Source: Myxococcota bacterium (GTDB lineage: Bacteria; Myxococcota_A; UBA9160; UBA6930). Taken from it: DNA of 64,000 nucleotides. The translations under genes were made by a program, and so were the position numbers. The notes under the pieces are model-generated. The model saw only the letters and a list, made by a program, of their open reading frames with translations, was not told where the DNA came from and made no database searches. This document shows, piece by piece, positions 48,198 through 58,651 of this stretch. The stretch is taken from assembly GCA_965223705.1 (NCBI GenBank), contig OZ245015.1, positions 1,728,001-1,792,000 of the forward strand, read 5' to 3'. Every line of letters begins with the position of its first letter. Within the stretch, counting starts at the first letter, position 1.

Positions 48198-49217
48198 ATG
48201 ACGACGAACCGCCAGTGGCTGCTCAAGCAGCGTCCGGGCGACGAGACCATCGACAACTCTCTCTTTGAATGGAGAGAGGGGCCGGTCCCCGAGCCCGCGG
48301 ACGGTGAAGTTCTCGTACGCAACCTGTTTCTCTCTTTCGATCCGACGCAACGCGGTTGGATGACGATGGACACCTACATTCCCAAGATTCCATTGGGAGA
48401 GGTGATGGCCGCCGCGGGCGTCGGGCAAGTGGTAACGAGCCGCAACCCGAACTTCGCCGCCGGCGACATCGTGCAGGGCGCGTTCGGCTGGCAGGACTAT
48501 GCGACGGCTTCGGAGTCCTCGTTTCTAGGGTTGCGCAAGGTCCCTGACGGGGTGCCGCCGAACCTCGCGCTGAGCTTGTTCGGGATCACCGGCTTGACCG
48601 CGTATTTTGGCGTGCTCGATGTCGCGGCTCCGAGGGCCGGCGAGACCTTCGTCGTGTCCGGCGCCGCTGGTGCCACGGGTTCCGTGGCCGGCATGATCGC
48701 GAAAGAGCGCGGCTGCCGCGTGATCGGTGTCGCCGGCGGCGAAGCCAAGTGCCAATGGCTGACGAAGGAAGCGCGTTTCGATGCCGCGATCGACTACAAA
48801 TCCGAAGACATCGGCGAGCGGCTGAGCGAACTCTGTAGCTCAGGCATCGACTGCTATTTCGACAACGTGGGCGGCGAGATCCTGGACGCGGTGCTGATGC
48901 GCATCAATCACGGCGCACGCATCGCTTTGTGTGGCGCGATCTCGCGCTACGGCAAGCTGGACGAGCCACAGCCCGGTCCGTCGAACTACATGCAACTCAT
49001 CATCAAGAGTTCGGCGATGCGCGGTTTCCTCGTGCTCGACTACGCCGATCGGTTTGGCGAGGCCATCGCAGACCTCGCCCGGTGGCACGCCGAAGGTGTC
49101 GTCATCCAAGAGGAGGACATCGCAGAAGGGCTTGAGAACGCGCCCGCGACCCTCGAGCGCCTGTTCAGCGGTGCGAATCTCGGCAAGCAGCTGCTCAAGA
49201 TCGCAGACCCGTCTTAG
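48198..49217 (+). CDS. NADP-dependent oxidoreductase (prostaglandin reductase/CurA-like MDR)
   Basis: LSFDPTQRGWM, GLTAYFG, SGAAGATGS, YFDNVGG, CGAIS and GANLGK motifs. Confidence 0.93.
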   Translation: MTTNRQWLLKQRPGDETIDNSLFEWREGPVPEPADGEVLVRNLFLSFDPTQRGWMTMDTYIPKIPLGEVMAAAGVGQVVTSRNPNFAAGDIVQGAFGWQDYATASESSFLGLRKVPDGVPPNLALSLFGITGLTAYFGVLDVAAPRAGETFVVSGAAGATGSVAGMIAKERGCRVIGVAGGEAKCQWLTKEARFDAAIDYKSEDIGERLSELCSSGIDCYFDNVGGEILDAVLMRINHGARIALCGAISRYGKLDEPQPGPSNYMQLIIKSSAMRGFLVLDYADRFGEAIADLARWHAEGVVIQEEDIAEGLENAPATLERLFSGANLGKQLLKIADPS

Positions 49218-49744
49218 CTCGCTTCTCCGCGGTACTTGAGTGTCGATCGCGCGACACCGAAGGATTCGGTCAGCGCGCTCCCTTGTTCGCGCATCAGCTC
49301 GGCGATGAGCGCCTGGTGATGCACGGTATGGCTCGCCACAAAGCGGAGCTCCCGAGCGAGCGACGACGCTGCCGCCGATGTCTCGGGACCCGGCTCGTCG
49401 CAGCGAACGCGCAGGGGCCGGTCGCCACCTTCCGCGGTCTGTTTGCGCAGTCGCTCGATGAGCTCTCCCATGGTGAGGAGGGCGACGCCGCGATCTCGTT
49501 CGATCTCGGGCTGACGCTCCCGCCCGTCGTAGTCCACGGCACCCTGCTCGGCGCCGCGCAGGAGGGACGCGTACGCGTCGAGGATGTGACGCACGTGAGT
49601 TCCCACACCGGCCCTCGAAGCGCCTCGAGGTCGTCCGGCGAATACTGCGTCGTCGATATCGGAAACGAACCGCTGGAGCATTTCCAGAAGCTCGGCGCAA
49701 TATTCGCTCCAGCGGGCGACGTCGTCCGCGTTCGAATGGGTCAT
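49214..49744 (-). CDS. DinB/YfiT-like metal-binding protein
   Basis: GTHVRHILD, DYDGRER, SSLARELRFVASHTVHH and FGVA.ST motifs. Confidence 0.85.
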   Translation of the reverse strand: MTHSNADDVARWSEYCAELLEMLQRFVSDIDDAVFAGRPRGASRAGVGTHVRHILDAYASLLRGAEQGAVDYDGRERQPEIERDRGVALLTMGELIERLRKQTAEGGDRPLRVRCDEPGPETSAAASSLARELRFVASHTVHHQALIAELMREQGSALTESFGVARSTLKYRGEAS

Positions 49745-49773
49745 GGGTCTCCTTCGCTGGGTCCGTCGCGCCC

Positions 49774-50424
49774 TCAGCCCGACAACAGGGCGTCCTCTTC
49801 GGCAAAGGCGCTTTTGAAAGCCGGACGCGACCAAGCGCGCTCGACGAACGACGCGAGATCCGGGTAGCGCCCGGCGTCGACCGATTCGCCTGCGATCTTC
49901 AACGTGCGCAACATCGCTCCCACGGCGAGGTCGGCCACGCTGTATCGGTCCGCCACGAAATACTCGCGACCGCGGATCGCTTCGTCAAAAAACGCCAACT
50001 GCGGCGGAATGCGCTCTGTGAGCGCTTCGTCGATCACGGCTTGATCCGGTTCTTGCTGCAGCAAGTTCGGAGCGACAAAGCGTTGGAAGAAGACGGGCCC
50101 GATCGATTCGATGAGACCCGTGTCGGCGAGCTCTTCGATCCATAACGCGCGCCCGTAGTCCGCGGGCGACGCGGGGTACAGAGGGGGCTCCGGACGGGCC
50201 TTCTCGAGGTAGGCCAGGATCACGGACGAGTCCGAGAACTTCGCTTCGCCGTCCTCAAAGGCTGGGATCTTTCCGAGCGGACTCATCGCCCGAAACTTCG
50301 GATCTTCGTTGTGCGGAGGGAAGGGAAAGACCGGTACGACGTCGTGCGCGACGTTTTTCTCGAACAAGCCGACGCGGGCTTTTCGAACGAACGGGGACAG
50401 AATGGCGCCGTGAAGGGTGGGCAT
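49774..50424 (-). CDS. Glutathione S-transferase family protein
   Basis: SPFVRK, SPLGKIPAF, DSSVI and YSVADLA motifs. Confidence 0.92.
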   Translation of the reverse strand: MPTLHGAILSPFVRKARVGLFEKNVAHDVVPVFPFPPHNEDPKFRAMSPLGKIPAFEDGEAKFSDSSVILAYLEKARPEPPLYPASPADYGRALWIEELADTGLIESIGPVFFQRFVAPNLLQQEPDQAVIDEALTERIPPQLAFFDEAIRGREYFVADRYSVADLAVGAMLRTLKIAGESVDAGRYPDLASFVERAWSRPAFKSAFAEEDALLSG

Positions 50425-50541
50425 GGAAGTCTCCATAGGCTGAGAAGGAACACGCGAAACGGGCACAGGTTCGATCAATTCTCGCGGCCCGTCGAGCGCG
50501 TTCGGTCCATCCACTCTACGCGGCGAAGGACCCGCCGGTTA

Positions 50542-50654
50542 CGGGCCGTTCGCGGGCGCGGCGACTAGGCGGCCGGAGCGGGCCGTCCGCGAGCGAGGCG
50601 ACTAGGCGGCCCGAGGCGGACCGTCCGCGAGCGCGGCGACTAGGCGGCCGGGGG
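50542..50654. repeat. Three tandem imperfect 37-38-bp direct repeats
   Basis: Units start at 50542, 50579 and 50617; consensus CGGRCCGTYCGCGRGCGMGGCGACTAGGCGGCC; the third unit contains the SPFH stop codon. Confidence 0.9.
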
Positions 50655-51743
50655 CGGGGGCGCGAAGAGGCCGCCCAGCTCCGGGATCTCGCCGGCGGTG
50701 AGCCAATCGCTCATGCCGGCGCTCCACACAAAGCTGTCGGCGCCCAAACGACCGGCCGCGACGAGGCCGGGCAAGTCCGTGGCTCGGTACGGACCCGTAC
50801 TCTGCCCGTTCTCGACCACGTGCCACAAAACAGGCGCGGGCGGGGGCGTTTGCGGCGCCGGGGCAGGCCCGGCCGGGGGCGCGGCGCCTCCGCCGCCGAG
50901 CATGCCCCCCGCAAAAGCGGCGCCCATCCCGAGTCCGACACCGGCGCCGGCGAGTCCGCCCGCGGGGTTTTCCGCCGCGACCGGGATCGCCCGGCCCATC
51001 TGAAACTGCTGGTAGGACTGGAAGTCTCCCATGACGCCCATACCGGTCTTCGTGTCGAGGACTTTTTCGACTTCCTCCGGAAGCGAGACGTTCACGATCA
51101 AGAGAATCGGGATGTCGAGGCCGTACTCGTCGTCGATTTCCCGGGCGACTTGCTGGCGCAGCGATTCCGAAAGCTCTCGAAAGTTCGAAGCGAGGTCGAG
51201 CACCGCGATCTCCGAGCTCGCGACGAGTTCCGCAAACTTGTTGGCGACGATCGCGCGCAGCAGTTCACTCACTTCGTCTACCTCGAACGAGGAGTCGGTG
51301 CCGACGAGTTGGGTGAGCAGCGCTCGCGGATCGACGGCGCGCAGCGCATAGGTGCCAAAAGCGCGGATCCGCACCGGTCCGAAATCTTCATCCCGCATCA
51401 TCACCGGATGCGGCGTGCCCCACTTGAGGTCTGTGATCTGACGCGTGCTGACGAAGTAGACCTCCGCCTTGAACGGGCTGTCGAAGCCGTACTTCCATCC
51501 CGCGAGGGTCGAGAGGACGGGCAAGTTGCGGGTCGAGAGCCGGTGCTGGCCGGGCTCGAAGACGTCTGCGATGCGCCCCTGGTGCACGAAGATCGCCATT
51601 TGTCCCGGGCGTACGATCAACTGAGCGCCCATCTTGATCTGGTTGTGATAGCGCGGGAAGCGCCACACCAATGTGTGTCGCGAGTCATCGATCCATTCGA
51701 CGATATCGATGAGTTCGGCGCGTAGTTTATCGAGCATGCCCAT
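50640..51743 (-). CDS. SPFH/band-7 domain protein (YdjI-like) with C-terminal GYF_2/DUF4339-like domain
   Basis: IDIVEW, GAQLIVRPGQ, SPFKAEVYF, KWGT, RAFGTY and SLPEEV motifs; tail WH....GQSTGPY...VWSAGMSDW. Confidence 0.9.
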   Translation of the reverse strand: MGMLDKLRAELIDIVEWIDDSRHTLVWRFPRYHNQIKMGAQLIVRPGQMAIFVHQGRIADVFEPGQHRLSTRNLPVLSTLAGWKYGFDSPFKAEVYFVSTRQITDLKWGTPHPVMMRDEDFGPVRIRAFGTYALRAVDPRALLTQLVGTDSSFEVDEVSELLRAIVANKFAELVASSEIAVLDLASNFRELSESLRQQVAREIDDEYGLDIPILLIVNVSLPEEVEKVLDTKTGMGVMGDFQSYQQFQMGRAIPVAAENPAGGLAGAGVGLGMGAAFAGGMLGGGGAAPPAGPAPAPQTPPPAPVLWHVVENGQSTGPYRATDLPGLVAAGRLGADSFVWSAGMSDWLTAGEIPELGGLFAPPPPAA

Positions 51744-51772
51744 GATTCGTATCTCCGTCCGGGTGCGTTGAT

Positions 51773-52564
51773 TTAATAGGAGGGCCCCAGGAGGTTGCTG
51801 AGAATCTCCAGGGCGGTCTTCAAGAAGCTCGGATCATCGCGTTGCTTCGGCGCGAAGATGCCTTGTCGCTCTTCGACCATGATTCGCGTGAACTCCGCTT
51901 TCACGTGTTCTTCTCGGCGTCGCTCGGACGGCGCCGACTCGTCGATGCCGCCGTTCAAGACGTAACCCGCGACCTGTTCGAGCTCGTCCGCGTCGAGCCA
52001 GGTGCCGTGGTCGCGGCAGACATCGAGAATGACGCCGGAGCGCCGCTGGAAGTTGCGGCGGAGCATGTGAGCCGAGCACACCGGGCAGCTCCGATACGCG
52101 ATGCGTTGATCGAGGGGATTTCCGCCGTCCCGGCGCGGCTCGGGCAGTTTCATTTCGATCTGCTTGGCGCGACGCGCGGCGACGGCCGCATCGATCAAGG
52201 CATCGAAGTGATCGTTCGGCACCCACAGGCCGTTGCAGCTCGGGCATTCGTGGGTCGAGAAGCTGCCGATCATGCGACCGGGCATCTCGATCGAACAGAC
52301 CGGGCAGGGCAGCGGATCGGCGGCGTAGGCAACCAGTGGACCACTACAGGCCACGCCGCATGCGGTGCAAAACCGCGCGTCCTCTTCGTTGCGCGCGAAG
52401 CAAGCTGTGCAGATACGCGAGAGCGCCTGATCGACTGCTGCGCCGCAGAAGCCGCAGGTCTTGTCGTCTTCGGCCAGAGGGCCGCCGCAGCCCGAGCAGC
52501 GCAGCGTCGGCAGGTCGCTTGCGACGCGCTTCGCGTTGTCGGGATCGGACGGCGAGTCAGACAC
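51773..52564 (-). CDS. Multi-zinc-ribbon protein (double zinc ribbon + zf-TFIIB-like)
   Basis: Seven CxxC and one CxxH motif (CSGC, CGFC, CTAC x2, CPVC x2, CPSC, CRDH); GLW and GTWLD..EL. Confidence 0.85.
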   Translation of the reverse strand: MSDSPSDPDNAKRVASDLPTLRCSGCGGPLAEDDKTCGFCGAAVDQALSRICTACFARNEEDARFCTACGVACSGPLVAYAADPLPCPVCSIEMPGRMIGSFSTHECPSCNGLWVPNDHFDALIDAAVAARRAKQIEMKLPEPRRDGGNPLDQRIAYRSCPVCSAHMLRRNFQRRSGVILDVCRDHGTWLDADELEQVAGYVLNGGIDESAPSERRREEHVKAEFTRIMVEERQGIFAPKQRDDPSFLKTALEILSNLLGPSY

Positions 52565-52628
52565 GCCTTCTCAATCGGTATGGCCGACGTGCCTCTTGAC
52601 CCGCTGGGGTCCCCGAGGCCGTTCCCGA

Positions 52629-53783
52629 CTAGAGCGCTTCGTAGACCGCGTCGATCAAGCGAGACGATCGCTCATCGATCAGCAACTCGTTGCGCAACAA
52701 GTTCATCACGTAGCCGAAACCGATCTGGGCTTCGGGATCGGCAAAACCCAGGGAACCGCCCATCCCCGGATGGCCGAACGATGAATCAGTCGGCCCGAAC
52801 GCGAAGCGCCGAGCTTCTTGGTTCAACATGAAGCCAAAGCCGAATCGCGTCGGGTTCTCCCAAAGGACGGCGTCAGGGCCCGCGGATCGCTCCTCGCGCG
52901 CGGTGCGCGATAGCTCGGGTGCGAGCAGCGGGAAGTCGCCGATCCGTCCGTTCCCGGCGAGCGCGCCGTAGAGCGTCGCCAAGGCACGGGCGTGGGTATG
53001 TCCGTTTGCCGCGGGGATCTCCGCGGCTCGCCAGGTCCGATCGTTGAAGTCGCCGAACGGGAGGGGCGGGTTGTTGAACGTCTTGGCCACCATGCCGTCG
53101 GGGCGCTCGCGCATCTCGTCACCGAGCAGGTCCGGGAGGCTTTCGTCGGGCGGCGCCGGAACGAGATCCGCCGCCAGCGGGTCGACAGCCGGTGGCGTCC
53201 CAATCCAGCATTCGAGGTCCAGGGGGCGCGAGATTTCCTCTTGAAGATAAGTACCTAGGCTTTTACCTGTAAGGCGATACGCGAGCTCTGAGGCGAACCA
53301 TCCGTAGGTCACGGCGTGATAGCCGTGGTTGGTTCCGGGCTCCCACCAGGGCGCCTCAGCGGCGAGCGCCGACCCCATGGCGCGCCAGTCGTAAAGCGCG
53401 TCGACCGGCTGTGTGGCGCGAAAGGCCGGGATGCCGGCGCGATGGCTGAAGCACTGGGCGACGCTGAGTTCGCCCTTTCCCTCGGCTGCAAACTCGGGCC
53501 AGTAGCGCGCCAGCGGTGCGTCGAGGTCGAGCTTCCCGGCCTCGACGAGGCGCAGCATGCAGAGTGCGGCGATCCCTTTCGTGGTCGAGAAGACGTTCGC
53601 CACCGTGTTGCCTTCCCAAGGACGCCCTTCGGCGTCGCGGATGCCGCCCCACAAATCGACGACGCGGCGTCCCTCGATCACGACCGCAACCGAGGCGCCG
53701 CGCTCGCCGAACGCGTCGAAGTTGTCGCCGAAGACGTCGCGGACTCGGCGGAACGCGGAATCGCATTGGCCCTCGATGTTCAC
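52629..53783 (-). CDS. Serine hydrolase, beta-lactamase-related family VIII esterase
   Basis: FSTTK (SxxK), YWPEF, GYHAVTYG and FGHPGMGGS motifs. Confidence 0.92.
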   Translation of the reverse strand: MNIEGQCDSAFRRVRDVFGDNFDAFGERGASVAVVIEGRRVVDLWGGIRDAEGRPWEGNTVANVFSTTKGIAALCMLRLVEAGKLDLDAPLARYWPEFAAEGKGELSVAQCFSHRAGIPAFRATQPVDALYDWRAMGSALAAEAPWWEPGTNHGYHAVTYGWFASELAYRLTGKSLGTYLQEEISRPLDLECWIGTPPAVDPLAADLVPAPPDESLPDLLGDEMRERPDGMVAKTFNNPPLPFGDFNDRTWRAAEIPAANGHTHARALATLYGALAGNGRIGDFPLLAPELSRTAREERSAGPDAVLWENPTRFGFGFMLNQEARRFAFGPTDSSFGHPGMGGSLGFADPEAQIGFGYVMNLLRNELLIDERSSRLIDAVYEAL

Positions 53784-53788
53784 GGCGG

Positions 53789-54742
53789 CTACCGAATCGC
53801 CACGGGGTTGATGACCACCTGCACCGTTCCGACAAAGCGCGGTTGCCCGAGTACGAACAAGAACTCGCTGACACCGTCGGCTGCGAGCTGCGAGGTGTTC
53901 ATGTTCTCGAGGATGTACACGCCGTTCTTGGTGAGGAGCGTTTGATGTACCTCGAAGGGTCGCTTCGGGTTCTCGAAGGGGATCACTTCGACACCCCAGG
54001 TGTCGGCACCGACCGCGACGGCCCCGAGTTTCGCGAGGTAGCGCGCGCCGCCGACCCCGAGCCCGGGTTCGCCCTTCATGAACCCATCGGCGTTCGTCTC
54101 GGCGAGGGAGCCCCAGCCCGTGTGAAACAGGACGACGTCACCCTGACGAAGCTCGACCTTTTGGCGCTGCGCCGCCGCGTCGATTTCCGCCTGATTGATC
54201 GGCGTGCCGGCGCCCAGTCGGGTGACACCTTTCAGTGCCGCGATGTCGAGGAGGACGCCGCGGGTCACGATGGGCGGCAGGGTGTGGGTGCCAAATTTCG
54301 CGAGGCCGTCCGGACGAATGAATTCCGACGCGGGTGTTCCGTTGTAGAAGACCGAGTCGATTCCGACGTGCCCGAGGCCGTCGATCTGAGAGCCCACGCC
54401 CATATGGGAGAAAATGACGTCGTCCGTTCCGGAGACCTTGTTCTCGCCGAGTGCGGCGCCTGAGCCGTCACCGCTCGCCATGGTGACGATGCGATACGAG
54501 CGACCCGGATAGGCCGGTGTGTCCGGACCTGTGGGGATACCCAACGCATAGGTTTTGCCGCTGGTGACCAGGCGTGCGGCTTCCACCACCTTGCCCGGGT
54601 CGAGCAGATTGATCGCCCCCAGCGTGTCGCCTTTCCCGTAGCGGGAAGGGAACCACTCCTCCGCGGCGACCGGGTGGCCGATCCAGAGCAAAGCGATCAC
54701 GGGGAATGTCAAGAACCGAGACTTTCGGACGGTGGCGAGCAT
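53789..54742 (-). CDS. Secreted cyclase/kynurenine formamidase-family metal hydrolase
   Basis: Signal peptide; GSQIDGLGH, TRGVLLD, GDVVLFHTG, EPG, GAD and ENM motifs. Confidence 0.88.
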   Translation of the reverse strand: MLATVRKSRFLTFPVIALLWIGHPVAAEEWFPSRYGKGDTLGAINLLDPGKVVEAARLVTSGKTYALGIPTGPDTPAYPGRSYRIVTMASGDGSGAALGENKVSGTDDVIFSHMGVGSQIDGLGHVGIDSVFYNGTPASEFIRPDGLAKFGTHTLPPIVTRGVLLDIAALKGVTRLGAGTPINQAEIDAAAQRQKVELRQGDVVLFHTGWGSLAETNADGFMKGEPGLGVGGARYLAKLGAVAVGADTWGVEVIPFENPKRPFEVHQTLLTKNGVYILENMNTSQLAADGVSEFLFVLGQPRFVGTVQVVINPVAIR

Positions 54743-54801
54743 GGGTACCTCCTCTGCACACGGTGCTACCATTCTGACACGATCCCCGCGAGAGGTAAGT
54801 C

Positions 54802-55989
54802 ATGAACGCGACAGAAACCGGTCTCGACACCAGCGCACAGTTCGCTCACGAAGCTCTTCCCGAGGCGACCCATGACGAGTTCGCGCGGCAAGAATTCGTG
54901 AAGAGCTTCAAGCTTCACGTGGCGACGCAGATCGCGCCGCGCAACCGCGACGTCTACGAGCAGCGGGTGAAACCGCGCATCGAGCGCGAGAAGGGCCGAG
55001 CTCCGGAGTCGCGCCACGAAGTGCGCGAGGCGATGAGCCGGGAGCCGTACTACCAATTCTGGAGCGGGTTGCTGCGCACGAGCCAGGAAATGATGTGGGA
55101 ATCCGTCGGAACGTCCGTGGAGCGCCAACTACCGACGTTGATTCAAGGCGCGCGCAAGAACGGGTCGAGCGCCGGCGGCAGCCTGCGCCTCGACCCGTCC
55201 CTCGAAATTCCCGCGTACCACCGGGCCGTGGATATCCACTGCCAACCGGGCGGGTACCACACCGAGCTTACGGAGGACGACGTCGCTGCCGGCGCCATCT
55301 ACGACCGCGCCGTCTATCTCTACGCGATGGGTCGCATGGGCCCGTTCAACGACGATATCGGCGCGAGCCTCGCCGCCTACATCGAGGCCACCTGGCCGGA
55401 CTTCCGCCCCAAGCGAATTCTCGATCTCGGCTGCTCCGTCGGGCACAGCACCATCCCCTACAAGGCGCGGTTCCCGGACGCGGAAATTCACGCGGTCGAC
55501 GTCGGTGCTCCGATGTTGCGCCACGCTCACCGAAGGGCGGAGTCCCTGGGCCATGCCATCCACTTCTCGCAGCAGAACGCGGAGTCGCTCGACTTCGAGG
55601 ACGGGAGCTTCGACCTCATCGTGTCGCACATCTTGCTGCATGAGACGTCGGCGAAGGCGATCCGCAACATCATGTCGGAATGCCATCGGCTCTTGGCGCC
55701 CGGCGGGTTGATGCTTCACGGCGAAGTGCCCCAGTACCACGGGATGGATCCCTACGACGCGTTCATCCTCGACTGGGACACGTACAACAACAACGAACCG
55801 TTCTGGGGGACCGTGCACGACATGGATCTCGAGGCACTGGCCGTCGATGTCGGCTTCTCACGCGATCAACTGATCGACGCGTTCGCCCCGAGTGCTTTCG
55901 CCGAGGCCGAAGCGCGCCGAACCCACCAGTTCCAGGGTGGCGATTTCGGTGGCGGCGGCCAGTGGTACGCGTTCGGCGCACGCAAGTAG
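54802..55989 (+). CDS. Class I SAM-dependent methyltransferase with long N-terminal domain
   Basis: ILDLGCSVG, AVDVGAPML, NAE and FDLIVSHILLHE motifs. Confidence 0.88.
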   Translation: MNATETGLDTSAQFAHEALPEATHDEFARQEFVKSFKLHVATQIAPRNRDVYEQRVKPRIEREKGRAPESRHEVREAMSREPYYQFWSGLLRTSQEMMWESVGTSVERQLPTLIQGARKNGSSAGGSLRLDPSLEIPAYHRAVDIHCQPGGYHTELTEDDVAAGAIYDRAVYLYAMGRMGPFNDDIGASLAAYIEATWPDFRPKRILDLGCSVGHSTIPYKARFPDAEIHAVDVGAPMLRHAHRRAESLGHAIHFSQQNAESLDFEDGSFDLIVSHILLHETSAKAIRNIMSECHRLLAPGGLMLHGEVPQYHGMDPYDAFILDWDTYNNNEPFWGTVHDMDLEALAVDVGFSRDQLIDAFAPSAFAEAEARRTHQFQGGDFGGGGQWYAFGARK

Positions 55990-55993
55990 TCCC

Positions 55994-56346
55994 GTGGCCG
56001 ATGCCCCCGAAGTGAAGCGGCGCGCCAGGGGCGCGCGGCCGTATTTCTTCGACGATCCCGCTGTCGATAAACTGCTGGCCATCGTGATGGCACTCGCCGG
56101 CGAAGTGTCGGTCCTCCGGGACCGCCTCGACACCTTGACGCAAATCGCCGCACAAAAGGATCTGCTCGAGCCCCAAGAGCTCGACGCGTTCGTGCCCGAC
56201 GCTTCATTGCGGGCCGAGCGCGACGCTTGGCGCGACGAATTCCTGAACCGGATTCTGCGCATCGTGCGCGTCGAGCTCGAAGAAGTCGAGGAAGAGAACT
56301 CCCCCGACGCGTATCGTCGGGCGATCGAAGAAGTCGGCGAAGGCGG

Positions 56347-56350
<4 letters not shown>
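55994..56350 (+). CDS. Hypothetical small helical protein, partner of the methyltransferase
   Basis: GTG 4 nt after the MTase stop; G.RPYFFDDPAVDKLL.IVMALAGEVSVLRDRLDTL. Confidence 0.75.
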
Positions 56351-57717
<1,367 letters not shown>

Positions 57718-57741
57718 GGCGCGATTATCCTCTGTGCCACG

Positions 57742-58641
57742 ATGGGCGGCGAACAAAACCTGGAACCCCGAAGCCAGATCCGCGGCGCGATTCGCCGCGT
57801 CGGGTTGTGCATCCGTCCCAATTCACCCGAAGTCGATGCCGTCGCCCGTCAGCTCGCGGAGTGGCTCGAAGCGCGGGGGGTCGAGTTGTCCCTCGACCCC
57901 GAGGCGGCTCGGCTCCTGGGTGGTGAGGAAAAGAGCCGCGCCGAACTCGCGCGGGAGACCGACCTCCTGGTCGTTCTCGGTGGCGACGGCACGTTGCTCG
58001 CGGTCGCCCAGAGTATCGGCGAACGTCCGATCCCCGTCGTCGGGATCAACCTCGGCCGATTGGGTTTCCTGGCCGAGATCGCGCCCCCCGAACAGTTCGA
58101 GGCGCTCGAGGGCATGCTGCGCGGCGAGTTCCACGTCGCGCCCCGCCTGCGCCTCGAAGTCCGGGTCGAACGCGGCGGCGACGAGGTCGCGCGTTTTCTC
58201 GCCTTGAACGACGCGGTCGTCGCGCGCAGCGATCCATCGCGCATGATCGATATCGCGTTGCGCGCCGACGGCGGCCTGGTGACGACCTACCACGCCGACG
58301 GCCTTTGCGTCGCGACGCCCACCGGCTCGACGGCGTACTCCCTGTCGGCCGGGGGGCCGATCTTGCTGCCGGGTACGCATGCGTTCGTCGTCACACCGAT
58401 CTCCGCGCACACGCTGAGCCAGCGGCCGGTGGTGGTTCCGCGAACGACGCTCCTCGAGATGCAGGTGGTCCCGCGAGAGGGCGATGCGCAGCTCACGGTG
58501 GACGGCCAGTCCAACGTGGCGCTCGACCCCGAAGATACGGTCTTCATTACCGGCTCCGCCTTCCCCGTGCATTTCGCCACGTCGCCGAACCGCTCTCGTT
58601 TCGATCTGCTGCGCACGAAACTCCGCTGGGGCGCCGAGTGA
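57742..58641 (+). CDS. nadK: NAD(+) kinase
   Basis: GGDGT, GINLGRLGFL, LND and DG...ATPTGSTAYSLSAGGP motifs. Confidence 0.96.
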   Translation: MGGEQNLEPRSQIRGAIRRVGLCIRPNSPEVDAVARQLAEWLEARGVELSLDPEAARLLGGEEKSRAELARETDLLVVLGGDGTLLAVAQSIGERPIPVVGINLGRLGFLAEIAPPEQFEALEGMLRGEFHVAPRLRLEVRVERGGDEVARFLALNDAVVARSDPSRMIDIALRADGGLVTTYHADGLCVATPTGSTAYSLSAGGPILLPGTHAFVVTPISAHTLSQRPVVVPRTTLLEMQVVPREGDAQLTVDGQSNVALDPEDTVFITGSAFPVHFATSPNRSRFDLLRTKLRWGAE

Positions 58642-58651
58642 AGCACCACTC

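Noticed and set aside
50542..50654. Possible CRISPR array
   Set aside because: The repeats are directly adjacent with no unique spacers, there are only three degenerate copies, and no cas genes are present.
52629..53783. Beta-lactam resistance gene
   Set aside because: No signal peptide, and the motifs (VDLWGG, LxxxxPxWEPG, GYH, FGHxG) fit cytoplasmic family VIII esterases.
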